A stretch of 64,000 nucleotides of DNA, taken from contig CAWJKZ010000013.1 in NCBI GenBank assembly GCA_963843575.1, positions 544,001-608,000 of the forward strand, in the 5' to 3' direction. The notes under the pieces are model-generated. The model saw only the letters and a list, made by a program, of their open reading frames with translations. It did not search any database and had not been told where the DNA came from. The stretch comes from an uncultured Acidobacteriota bacterium. GTDB taxonomy: Bacteria; Acidobacteriota; UBA6911. How positions within the stretch are numbered: position 1 is the first letter of the stretch; each line of letters begins with the position of its first letter. This document shows positions 8,573-19,048 of the stretch, one piece after another. Made by a program: the position numbers and the translations under genes.

Positions 8573-9608
8573 ATGGAAAAGACGCGCATCCTGGTGGCCG
8601 ACGACGAGATCTATATCCAGGAGATCCTCCGCTCGACCCTGCTCGAAGCGGGGCATGAGTGCACCACGGCATCCCACGCCGGGCAGGCGCTCGGACACTT
8701 GAATCACCAGCTGTTCGATCTGGCCTTCCTCAGCTCCCGCCTACCCGGGCCGGAGTTCATCGGTCTGTTGAAGGAGATCCACACCAGCTACCCGGACGTG
8801 GTGCTGATCGCGATGACCCCCGCGGACTCGGCCGAAGCACCGATCCACTCCATCCGCGCCGGCGCCTTCGACTGCCTCGTCAAGCCGTTCAAGCTCGAGG
8901 AGGTCGTTTCGGCAGCCAACCGGGCCATCGAAAAGCGTCGTGTCGACGTTGCGGGACGCGAATATCAGAAATACCTGGAGCATCTGGCGGAGGAGCGCGG
9001 CGCCGAAACACGACGCCTTTTCTACGCGACCATCCAGGTGCTGATCCGGCTTCTGGAACTCAAGGTGCCGTTTAATGCGGGACATGCCGCCCGTGTGGCC
9101 GAGATGTGCCGCTATGTCGCCCGGGAACTCAAGATGACCGTCGACGGCGTGCGCAAGGTCTATCTCGCCGCGCTCCTGCACGACGTCGGCCTGTTTGTCG
9201 TGACCGACCTCCTCCTGAACAAAGAAGACGTGCTCACGCCCGACGAATATCGCCAGCTGCGCGCCCACGCATCGGCCGCCGAAGACGTCCTCAAGCCGAT
9301 TCTCTCGGACGACGAGGTGCTCAAGTACATCCGGCACCACCACGAACGCTACGACGGAAGCGGATACCCGGACGGCCTCAAGGGCAACATCATCCCGCTG
9401 GGGGCCCGCATCATCAGCGGTGGTCGAGGCCTTTGAGTCGATGACACGGGATCGCCCCTACCGTAACGCGTTCACTTCCGAAGAGGCGCTTGCCGACCTC
9501 AAGCGCTGCGCCGAGAAGCAGTTCGATCCGCAGGTCGTCGGCGTCTTCACGGACCTGCACAACCACATCTTCAAGAACATGGACAAGTTGCCGACGGGGA
9601 AACCGTGA
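8573..9608 (+). CDS. REC (degenerate) plus HD-GYP domain protein (indel near 9420)
   Basis: ILVADDE, VKPF, HDVG, HHERYDGSGYPDGL; the second frame gives RPYR and QFDP. Confidence 0.88.
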
Positions 9609-10944
9609 AGTCACAACGTCGGATTCGCGCCGACGCCGCCCGTATCTGGACCGCCGCCCTCAAGTCCGTGGACCCTGAGACCGCGGTCAGGAAGTTCGTC
9701 TCGCGTTCGGGGGCGCGGCTCAGAGTGGCCGGGCGCTACTGCGACCTGGACAAGCTGGACAACGTCTGGGTGCTCGGCATCGGCAAGGCCGCGTCTTCGA
9801 TGGCCCGGAGCCTCGAGAAAACGCTCGGCCGGCATCTGTCCGGCGGGATTCTCGTCACGAAGTACGGCCACGGACTCCCGCAGAAAAAGCTCGAACAAAT
9901 CGAGGCGGGGCACCCGCTACCGGACGAAAACGGCGTGGCCGCAGGGCTGAAGATCGCCGAATTTGCGCGACCCGAGTCGGCCCGCGGGACTTGGTGTTCT
10001 GCCTGCTGTCGGGCGGGGGATCCGCTCTCGTGGTCGCTCCCGCGGAAGGCATCTCGCTCGAGGACAAGCTGTCCTGCACCCGGTTGCTCTTGAAGGCCGG
10101 GGCGACGATCCACGAGATGAACGCCATCCGCAAACACGTTTCCACTCTGAAAGGCGGGGGCCTGGCGCGGCTGCTGGCGCCGGCGCGGGTCGTGTCCCTC
10201 ATCCTGTCGGACGTGGTGGGGGACGACCTGGACACGATCGCCTCAGGACCGATGGTGGCCGACTCAACCACCTACGGGCAGTGCCTGGAGATACTGGACC
10301 GGCTCGGGATCGGCGGCGACGTGCCTCAACCCATCCGCCGGCGGCTCGAAGCCGGCGCCGACGGTCGCCTCCCCGAAACCCCGACGCCGGGGGATCCGGC
10401 ATTCCTCAACACCCAGAACGTCATCGTGGGGAACAACGCGCTGGCGTGCAGCGCCGCCGCCCGCGCGGCGGCCCGTCTCGGTTATCACACGATTGTCCTG
10501 ACAACCCGTCTGGACGGGGACACGGGCGAGGCAGCCCGGTTCCACATGCGCGTGCTCGAGGAGATCGTGGCGGCGGGACGGCCCGTCCGCAGGCCGGCCT
10601 GTGTACTGACGGGCGGCGAAACTACAGTCCAGGTCCGCGGTACCGGAACCGGCGGACGCAACCAGGAGTTCGCCCTCCACTGCACCCGGGCACTCGCACG
10701 CCTGGAAGCGCCGTGCCTGGCGGCCAGCATCGGCACCGACGGCACCGACGGGCCGACTGATGCCGCGGGGGCGGTCGCCGACGGCACGACCCTGGCCCGG
10801 TCCATGAAGTTTGGCGCCCAATTCCTCGACGAGTGCCTGCGGCGGAACAACTCCTACGAGTTCTTCAAGCGCACGGGCGATCTCATTGTCACGGGCCCGA
10901 CACGCACCAACGTCATGGACTTGCATGTGCTGCTGGCGGGCTGA
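9605..10944 (+). CDS. glycerate 2-kinase, MOFRL/TtuD family (indel near 9980)
   Basis: GKAA, EAGHPLPD, LSGGGSAL, SDVVGDD, GGETTV, GGRNQE, TDGTDGPTDAAG, TGPTRTNVMD. Confidence 0.92.
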
Positions 10945-12036
10945 TCACTTCAGCCGCAGCGCTTCCGCGTACTCCAGCCGGTAGAAATTTAAAAACGACA
11001 GAAAGATGGCGACAACCAGCGGCCCCAGCAGCACGCCGAGAAACCCGAAGACGTTCATGCCGCCGAGAACGCTTAAAAAAACCAGCAGCGGGTGCATGTC
11101 GGTCCGGCCCCGGATGATCATCGGCTTCAGGAAGTTGTCGATCGAGCTGACAAAGAGCCCCCCCACGGCCAGTAGGATGATCGCGCGGGTCGTCTCGCCT
11201 ACCAGCAGCAGGTAGACAAACATCGGGATCCACACCAGGAAGGCCCCCCCTATCGGCACCAGCGATACGAACGCAACCACCGCACCCCAGAACACTGGCG
11301 CGGAAATCCCCAGCGCCAGGAACAATAAGGCGGCGGCGACGCCCTGCACAACCGCGGTGAACAGGGTGCCGAAAAATGTCGCGTAGCTGACGGCCTCGAA
11401 CTTCCGCAGCATCTCGGACTCGTAGGCCGCCGGCAGCGGGTTGGAGGCCTTGACCGCCTCGATCATTCCCGGTCCGTCGCGGAACAGGAAAAACATCGTG
11501 ATGAAGATCATGAAGAAGCTGAAGACCATCCCCCCTACGCCTGCGATGACCGAAGGGCTGCGGGCAACCAGCCAGCGGCTGACGGCCCCGAGTGCTTGCC
11601 GGGCCGAGCCCTCTATCTCCGCCTGGCCCGAGCCGATAACACGCTGCAACTGCGCCATCGCCCAGCGCACCACGGGCTGCCCCTCGTACCGTTGCAGCCT
11701 CGCGGCGAATTCCCCGCTGTCCACTTCACTCTGCAGGGCGTGGTAGATCGAGACGGACTGCTGCGTGACCACCACACCCAGGAGCGAAATGGGGAGGACG
11801 ATCAGGAGCAGGATGATAATGCAAGTGGCGAGCGAGGCCAGGCTCCTGTGGCCGCGACAGAACCGAAGCACCTCGCGGAACACCGGCCAGAACACGACCG
11901 CGAGCACCGCGGCCCAGACGAGTATCGAAAAGAAGGGGCGGAAGATCAGGAAGAGGAAGTACCCGGTAACGAGAAAGCAGACGATGAAGAAAATCAGGGC
12001 GAAACGCGACAAGCCCCGCGGCTCCGAAGCGGTCAT
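10945..12036 (-). CDS. AI-2E (UPF0118) family transporter
   Basis: Multiple TM segments, FFLFRDG, IDNFLKP, GFLGVLLGP; ATG overlaps the nth stop. Confidence 0.9.
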   Translation of the reverse strand: MTASEPRGLSRFALIFFIVCFLVTGYFLFLIFRPFFSILVWAAVLAVVFWPVFREVLRFCRGHRSLASLATCIIILLLIVLPISLLGVVVTQQSVSIYHALQSEVDSGEFAARLQRYEGQPVVRWAMAQLQRVIGSGQAEIEGSARQALGAVSRWLVARSPSVIAGVGGMVFSFFMIFITMFFLFRDGPGMIEAVKASNPLPAAYESEMLRKFEAVSYATFFGTLFTAVVQGVAAALLFLALGISAPVFWGAVVAFVSLVPIGGAFLVWIPMFVYLLLVGETTRAIILLAVGGLFVSSIDNFLKPMIIRGRTDMHPLLVFLSVLGGMNVFGFLGVLLGPLVVAIFLSFLNFYRLEYAEALRLK

Positions 12037-12752
12037 CTGGATCGCCCCCTGTCCCGCTGCCCGAGCCGGGGCAGGGCCGGCTGCAGGGCAAGGACCTTGT
12101 CCGCCGAACGGCAGTCCTTCTCCACGGGGCACAGCGGGCACTGCGGCTTCCTCGCCTTGCAGGTCTGCCGGCCGTGGAAGATCGCCTGGTGCGAAAACGA
12201 AATCCAACGCTCTCGCGGCATCAATGCCATCAGGTCCCGCTCGATTTTCTCCGGGGTGTCGGCCGATGTGAGCTCGAGCCTTCGCGCCACGCGGTATACG
12301 TGGGTGTCGACCACCACTCCTTCGGCCTTGCCGAACGCGACACCCAGCACGACATTCGCCGTCTTCCGGGCGACACCGGGGAGTTGCAGGAGCTCGTCCA
12401 TCGTTTCAGGCACCTTGCCGCCAAACCGCTCCAGTATCATGCGGCACGCGCCCTGTATGCTCTTGGACTTGTTCCGGAAGAAACCCGTGGGGCGGATGTC
12501 CTCCTGAAGCTCCTCGGCGGACACGGCCCCGTAATCCGCCGGTGCGCGGTATTTCCTGAAAAGCTCACGGGTGACCTGGTTGACCCGTTCGTCGGTGCAT
12601 TGGGCCGACAGAATCGTGGCGACGAGCAATTCGAGCGCGTTCCGGTGGTCCAGGGCGCAGCGGGCCTCGGGATAGGTCTGGTCGAACGCCCGGAGTATGC
12701 GCGACACCCTCCGGTTCGTCTCCTGCGCGGTGAAGCGGTTTCGCTGGGGCAT
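12033..12752 (-). CDS. nth: endonuclease III
   Basis: LSAQCTDERVN, LPGVARKTANVV (HhH), VDTHV and C-x6-C-x2-C-x5-C. Confidence 0.97.
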   Translation of the reverse strand: MPQRNRFTAQETNRRVSRILRAFDQTYPEARCALDHRNALELLVATILSAQCTDERVNQVTRELFRKYRAPADYGAVSAEELQEDIRPTGFFRNKSKSIQGACRMILERFGGKVPETMDELLQLPGVARKTANVVLGVAFGKAEGVVVDTHVYRVARRLELTSADTPEKIERDLMALMPRERWISFSHQAIFHGRQTCKARKPQCPLCPVEKDCRSADKVLALQPALPRLGQRDRGRSR

Positions 12753-12958
12753 AGTGGTGGCGCATTATAACATCGCCCGCCGCGACTCGGGTATCGGGCG
12801 CCAGGATGCGGGAGCCCAACGACGTCGCACCGGCGGCGCCGGCGGGATTCCCGACGACGGTGTTTTATGGCTCCCCCCGGAAGGTTTTGGGATTTGACTT
12901 TTGCAGCATGAAGTGATAAATAACGTATTCACAAAGGTTTACTGATGCGAGGGAACGT

Positions 12959-13261
12959 ATGAGTGATGAAAAGGCTACGGCCGAAAAAGCGTTGTATTTC
13001 GTGCTCGGCGCGTTCGTGGGAGCGGCGACGGCGCTTCTGCTCGCCCCGCGGACCGGTGAGGAAACCCGCCGCATAATCACCTCGAAGGCACGCGAGGGGG
13101 CGGATTTAGTGGCGAGCCGCGGTAAGGACGTGGCCGACAAGACGTCCGGCTACATCGATCGCGGCAAGGAACTGTTGCAGCAACAGCGTGACCAGCTGAA
13201 CGCGGCACTCGAAGCGGGCAAGCAGGCCTACCGGGAAGAAAAGGACAAGGGCAAGGTTTAA
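12959..13261 (+). CDS. YtxH-like protein
   Basis: FVLGAFVGAATALLLAPRTGEETR signature followed by an amphipathic helix. Confidence 0.88.
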   Translation: MSDEKATAEKALYFVLGAFVGAATALLLAPRTGEETRRIITSKAREGADLVASRGKDVADKTSGYIDRGKELLQQQRDQLNAALEAGKQAYREEKDKGKV

Positions 13262-13266
13262 CCTTA

Positions 13267-13779
13267 ATGGAAACCCTAGTCACGGTTTTCATCGGTATCG
13301 CGGCATTCGCCTTTCTGTTGCAGGGCGCGGCCCTTTGGGGGTTGAGCCGGTCGATGAAAGGTCTGTCCGCACGGGTAGAGGAAGTCAGCCGTGACTGGGC
13401 GGGCAACGTCGACGCACTTTCCCGGAAGGCGGACAATCTGCTGACGGCGGTCACCGGTGTGGCCGAGAGGGTCGTCACGTTGCAGGACAGCATTTCCGCG
13501 ACCACGGCGGTGATTCAGAAGCGGATCGTCAGTGTCGATGCCTTTCTGGAAGAGACAACCAGCGCCGCCCGTCTTCAGATGATCCGGATCCAGGACTTGG
13601 TGGACACGACCTCCCGGAGAGTCGAGGACACTTTTAAGACTCTTCACCACGGTGTTGTGGCGCCGGTCAACGAAGTTCACGCCGTCATGGCAGGGGCCAG
13701 GGTCGCCCTGAGCCATCTCTTCCGCCGGCGCAAGAACCCACAAAGCAGGTCCCACCAGGACGAAGAGATGTTCATCTGA
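13267..13779 (+). CDS. single-TM coiled-coil protein (YtxG/DUF948-like)
   Basis: N-terminal TM, heptad-rich body, QDEEMFI tail; 5 bp downstream of the ytxH-like gene. Confidence 0.7.
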   Translation: METLVTVFIGIAAFAFLLQGAALWGLSRSMKGLSARVEEVSRDWAGNVDALSRKADNLLTAVTGVAERVVTLQDSISATTAVIQKRIVSVDAFLEETTSAARLQMIRIQDLVDTTSRRVEDTFKTLHHGVVAPVNEVHAVMAGARVALSHLFRRRKNPQSRSHQDEEMFI

Positions 13780-13888
13780 AGCCGGGGGGCGCCCCTCCCC
13801 CGGCTGTTCCGCGAGGCGGGCTCTCCCGGCTCGGCCTGTGTCCTGCCGGGGCGAGTGGTTTGTGCATGGTTCGTCGGGGTAGCCGCCG

Positions 13889-14926
13889 ATGCTTTCGCTC
13901 GCAGTTCTGGCCGCCCTCCTGATCCCGGTCGTGCTTGTCGGCGGCATTCTCGCACTCTTCTGGAAATCGAGGCGCCGCTCGATCGCACGCTGGGCCGCGA
14001 TCAGTTATGCCGCGCTCGCGGCGGTTCTGTTCATCGGCGTGGGACCCTATCTGATGGCGTGGGCACTCGTGCACGCCGGTACGCGGCCCCCCGACCGGGC
14101 TTTGAAGGACACGCCGGGCACCTACGGGGTGCTTTTCGAAGACGTCGTTTTCGACGCCCGCGACGGGGTGCGGCTGGGCGGCTGGTTCGTACCACCGTCG
14201 GGCAAAAACGCCATCGTCATCTGCACACACGGGCTGTTCCGCAACCGCGTCGAAACGCTGGCCAGGATCGTCCCGCTCGCGCACGCCGGTTATGGGGCCC
14301 TGCTCTACGATTCCCGCTCCCATGGCACCAGCGACAAGGCGCTGGTGTCGCTCGGGTACGGCGAAAAGAACGACGTGCTCGGCGCCACGGACTACGTGCG
14401 GCGTCGCTACCAGGACTCCCCCAATCAGCCTGGCATCGTGCTGCTGGGTGTGTCGATGGGCGCGGTGGCCACCCTGGAGGCGGCAGCCGACACGAAGGGA
14501 TACGCGGCGCTGGTCCTGGACAGCCCGTTTTTGAGCCTGAGGGACACGGTGGTGCGTCACAGCTGGCGATTCCTCAAGCTGCCGCGCTACCCGTTCCCGT
14601 CCCTGTTCCTGTTCTGGTTCGAACGCCTGACCGGCGTCGATGCGGGCCGCATCGACTCGCGCGATGCGCTCCGGAAGGCGGAGCCGGTCCCCCTGCTCAT
14701 CATCGCAAGCGAAGGGGACGAGAGGATGGGGGCGGAACCGGCGCGCGCGCTGTACGCCGAGGCGCAGGCACCCTTCAAGAAGCTGGAGGTGTTTGGAAAG
14801 GACGTGCCCCACGGCGCGGCCGCACGTCTTCACCCGGACGAGTACACCGCACTGCTCGCCGGATTTCTCGGCCAGGCACTGCTCAATCCCCCGGGCACGG
14901 GCCCCGCACCCGCCCAGTCAAAGTGA
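13889..14926 (+). CDS. membrane-anchored alpha/beta hydrolase
   Basis: Two N-terminal TMs, HG oxyanion motif, YDSRSHG, GVSMG nucleophile elbow. Confidence 0.88.
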   Translation: MLSLAVLAALLIPVVLVGGILALFWKSRRRSIARWAAISYAALAAVLFIGVGPYLMAWALVHAGTRPPDRALKDTPGTYGVLFEDVVFDARDGVRLGGWFVPPSGKNAIVICTHGLFRNRVETLARIVPLAHAGYGALLYDSRSHGTSDKALVSLGYGEKNDVLGATDYVRRRYQDSPNQPGIVLLGVSMGAVATLEAAADTKGYAALVLDSPFLSLRDTVVRHSWRFLKLPRYPFPSLFLFWFERLTGVDAGRIDSRDALRKAEPVPLLIIASEGDERMGAEPARALYAEAQAPFKKLEVFGKDVPHGAAARLHPDEYTALLAGFLGQALLNPPGTGPAPAQSK

Positions 14927-15909
14927 CCAGCGCAGAAGCAGGCTGCCGGAGGTGAAACCGGCACCGAAAGTGGCCATCAGGACCAGGTCGCCACGGTGCA
15001 GCGTACCCTGTTCCCACGCCTCGGCGAGCCCGATAGGGATCGTGGCGGCCGTGGTGTTGGCGAAGCGCTCGATGTTGCGGGAGACTCGGCCGGGATCGAT
15101 TCCCAGCTTTTCCACCGCCGCGTCGATGATGCGCATGTTCGCCTGGTGGGGAGCATACAGCGCGACCTCGGAAACCTCGACGCCGTTGCGGGCCAGTATC
15201 TCGGCCGAGACCTCGGACATGCCCTCGACCGCGCTCTTGAAGACCGCGCGGCCATCCTGGTGGACGACGTGCATGTTCTTGCGCACGGTCTCGAGCGTGG
15301 CGGGGTGAAGGCTGCCGCCGCCGGGCATGTACAGGTGCTTTCCGCCCGAGCCGTCACAACGCAGGATGAAATCGAGCACGCCTTCCTCCCCCGGTCCGGT
15401 CGCCTCGAGCAGGACCGCTCCCGCCGCATCGCCAAACAGGATGAAGGTGTTTCGATCCTTCGGGTCCAGTATGGAGCTCATCACGTCGGCGCCCACCACC
15501 AGCACGTTCCGGTAGGCCCCCGAGTGGACAAATTGCGTCGCCGTGCTCAAAGCGAAACAGAAAACCGGCGCAGGCGGCCGAAAGGTCGAAACCCCACGCG
15601 TTGCGTGCGCCGATCTTGTCCTGCAGGACGCAGGCCGTGGAGGGAAACAACATGTCCGGGGTTATGGTCGCGACGATGATGCACTCGACGTCGAGCGGGT
15701 CGATGCCGCGCCGGCCCAGGACTTTGAGCGCCGCCTCCGCCGCGAGATCAGAGGTCGCCACGCCGTCCGGGACAAACCGCCGTCTCCCGGATGCCGGTGC
15801 GCGTACGTATCCATTCGTCCGACGTGTCCAGGGTCCGTTCGAGGTCCCTGTTGGTGACGACGCGGTCGGGGACATGGAAGGCGGCGGCAGTGATCTTCGC
15901 ATTGTACAA
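14918..15909 (-). CDS. fabH: 3-oxoacyl-ACP synthase III (indels near 15550 and 15785)
   Basis: DTSDEWIRTRTGI, AACAGF, FGDAAGA, PHQAN, FGAGFT; TTG start with GGAG SD. Confidence 0.92.
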
Positions 15910-16059
15910 ATCGGGTCTCCGGTCGGCTAACGGCGGATTTAAGTACCATCCGGCCCGCGGGAAGTCAACCGCCAGCGCGCGACCACGTGTGCAGTGCAGC
16001 GGCTCGACCTGAACTTTATACACATCTCGATGAAGAGAACGGGGAAAATCCAAAAGCCG

Positions 16060-16179
16060 CCACGGAGGGACACGGAAGAAACACCGAACCCGATTACCTG
16101 CGGGCTGGTTTGCGGCGGCACCGCGGCCCGGGGGGTTCGGACGCGGCCTGGCTGCCGTGTCCTTCAGTGTCTTCCGTGC
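16060..16179. repeat. inverted pair of CACGGA-type short tandem repeats
   Basis: CCACGGAGGGACACGGAAGAAACACCGAA faces CCGTGTCCTTCAGTGTCTTCCGTG; inner stem CCGAACCC/GGGTTCGG. Confidence 0.6.
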
Positions 16180-16240
16180 AGGTTATTGCTTTTCGGCGCT
16201 CGCAGGACCGCCGATGTGGGGGAGGCGCCGCACCTCGGAT

Positions 16241-17775
16241 CTACGAGGGATTCATGACGGAATCGATGCCGGCCAGCACGGATTGCGCCCGAGGGCCAGC
16301 CGTCCGGCCTCGGCGCGGCTGCGCTCGGCGAATGCGGCATCTTTGAGCCCGGCGAGATTGATCAGCACGTTGTACTGCCCGGCCTTCAGCGCCGCGAAGG
16401 CGAGTTGCGCGCCCGCCGCGGCGTCGCTGCGGGCGTTGAGGTTGCCAATCTGCACCAGGAGTTCGAGCCGTTCGAGCACGGCCGCAGCCAGTCTGACGGT
16501 GCGCAGCGGGAGTCTCGGTCGCGTGGCGGGTCGCCGCCTCGAGCGCCTCGGCGCGGCACGGTCTTCTGCTCCTCGGTCTCCCTGGGCAGCTTGAGGGCGG
16601 CGACCACCGCGCCGTAGGCTTCCGCGTCCTCCTGCACGAGCCGCTCGAGCTCCTGTCTCGCCTGCGACAGGGCGGTCCTGGCGTCGCAGACGGCTTCCTG
16701 CACGGCCTCGTACTTTCTTCCGTCCCTCGGTCAGCCCGGACATCATCTCGCCGAGCGCGGCGGCCAGCGCACCCGCCATGGCGGCCACGCTCCCGCCGCT
16801 CCGGGCGCCGGGTCCGGGGCGGCGACGCGCGCCAGCGAAACTCCCGATCCCGTCGCTCGCGCGGTTCGATAGGGCGTCGGCCAGACGGTTTTCGAGGATC
16901 TGGCCGGGGCTGAAACCTTCGAGTCGAAGGTAGTGCTCCGCGCACGCGTCCAGTGCCTTGCGCGGCACGAGGCCGACGATTTCGCTGGAGGTGACCGCGA
17001 CGCCGTAACGCTCCGCCTCGCGGACCACCATCTCGAAGGCGCGGAACACGGGCGTGGCCTCGTAGTTGGTGAGGTTCATCGACACCTGCACCTGGTTGCG
17101 CTCCTTGATCTCGAAGCCGAGGGCCTTGACGTAGCGCAGCCCCCCGGTTGAGTAGCGGACCGCCCGGGCCACGGCCTGCGCCACCTTCACGTCGGCGGTG
17201 CCCAGGTAGACGTTGTAGGCGATCAGCGGGAATCGGGCGCCGACGGCCGTCGCGCCGCCGGACGGGTGGACCTCCGCCGGCCCGAAATCCGGTTTGCGGG
17301 CGGGTTGGCTGCCGATTTCCTCTCGAATCGTTTCGAACTCGCCCCTGCGGACGTGGGAAAGGTCCCGCCGTTCGGGGAGCCGGGCCGATTGTTCGTAAAG
17401 GTAGACCGGCAGCCCGTAGCGCTGCCGCCAGGCGCTCGGCGACCCGCACCGAAAGCGCGACGCACTCTTCCATCCCGACGCCCGCGATGGGAACGAAGGG
17501 GATGACGTCGGCGGCGCCCATGCGTGGGTGCGCACCCTGGTGCTCGCGCAGGTCGATCAGCTCGAGGGCTTTCCCGACCGCCGCCTCCACCCCGGCGGCG
17601 ACTCGCGTCGGGTTCGCCCGCGACCGTGATGACGCACCGGTTGTGCGCGGCGTCCATTTCGGAATCGAGCAGGGCCACGCCGACGGGGGTGGTCAGCGCG
17701 GCCGCCAGCGCATCCACGACCTCCTGTGCGCCGCCCCTCGCTGAAGTTCGGCACGCACTCGACGATCTTTTTCAC
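16241..17775 (-). CDS. ftcD: glutamate formiminotransferase-cyclodeaminase (several indels)
   Basis: IVECVPNFSEGR, HNRCVIT, HQGAHPRMGAADVIPF, KPDFGP, GARFPLIAYNV, QVSMNLTNY, GGSVAA, GNLNARSD, YNVLINL. Confidence 0.92.
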
Positions 17776-19042
17776 GCCTGCTCCAGTCGGTCGATGACGA
17801 TGTTCCCCTTCTTGATCGTCACGACGCAGTGATTGATGCCCATGAAGTACGGGACCTCGCGGTAATCGGAGACGTCCATGAGCACGATGTCCGCCTGCTT
17901 CCCCTCCTCGATGCTCCCGAGGTGGGCGGAGGCGCCGATGGCGTAGGCGCCGTTGATCGTCGCCGCCGTGACCGCCTCGGCCGGGGTCATCTTCATCTGG
18001 CTGCAGGCGATCGACAGGACGAGCTGCATGTTCATGGTGAAGCAGGAGCCGGGGTTGAAGTCGGTGGCCAGCGCCACCGGGACGCCCGCGGCGATCAGCT
18101 TGCGCGCGGGCGGGTAGCGCGACAGCCCCAGGTTGAAGTGTGGTGCCGGGGAGAAGGGTGGCGACGGTGCCCGCCGGCTCTCAGCGCCTCGATGTCGGAG
18201 TCGTCGACCCACTCGAGGTGGTCCGCGCTCGCCGCCCCAAGCTCGGCGGCGAGCCGCGCGGCGCCGGTGTGGCCCAGTTCCTCCGCGTGCACGCGCAGCC
18301 CGAGTCCGCGCTTCGCGCGCGGCCCGCAGCACCTGTCGCGCCTCGATCGACCGTGAAGTAGCCGGCGTCGCAGAACACGTCGCAGAACTGCGCCAGCTTC
18401 CGCCGGGCCACCTGCGGAATCATCTCATCGACCAGGAGCCGGACGTACTGTTCGCGGGCGTCGCGGAATTCCTCGGGAAAGGCGTGCGCGCCGAGGAACG
18501 TGGGGACGATCTCGAGACTGGCTGCGTCCCTGCAGGGTGGCGAGCGCCTCCAGGCTCTTGATCTCGTCCTCGAGGCTGAGGCCGTAGCCGCTCTTCGCCT
18601 CGATGGTCGTGGTGCCGTGCGAGAGAAACTGCCAGAAGTACCGCTCCGCCCGCTCGACCAGCTGGTTGTGCGTGGCCCCGCGCAGCTGGCGCACGCTGTT
18701 CTGGATGCCTCCTCCCGACGCGGCGATTTCCTGGTAGGTTTTGCCCAGGGCGCGCAGTTCGTACTCGTCGGCACGCGTTCCGGCGAATATGGGGTGGGTG
18801 TGGCGTCCACAAACCCGGGGAGGGCGACCAGGCCTAGACCCACGCCGTCGACGGTCTGGTAGCGCACGCCCGGCTCGCGCACCGGGATGTCGCGCGTCGG
18901 CCCCACCCAGACGATGCGTTGGGCGCGGATCAGGATGGCGCCGTTTTCGATGATGCCGAGGCTGCCCATCTCCTCGCCCCGGCGGGGCAATGGCCCTCCC
19001 CGGAGCGTAACGACCTGAGCGATGTTTTTCAGCAGAGAGCAT
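17772..19042 (-). CDS. hutI: imidazolonepropionase (several indels)
   Basis: PGFVD/HTH, GGGI, HGTTTIEAKSGYGL, FLGAHA, FCDVFCD, HAEEL, SADHLE, ATDFNPGS. Confidence 0.92.
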
Positions 19043-19048
19043 ACGGAT

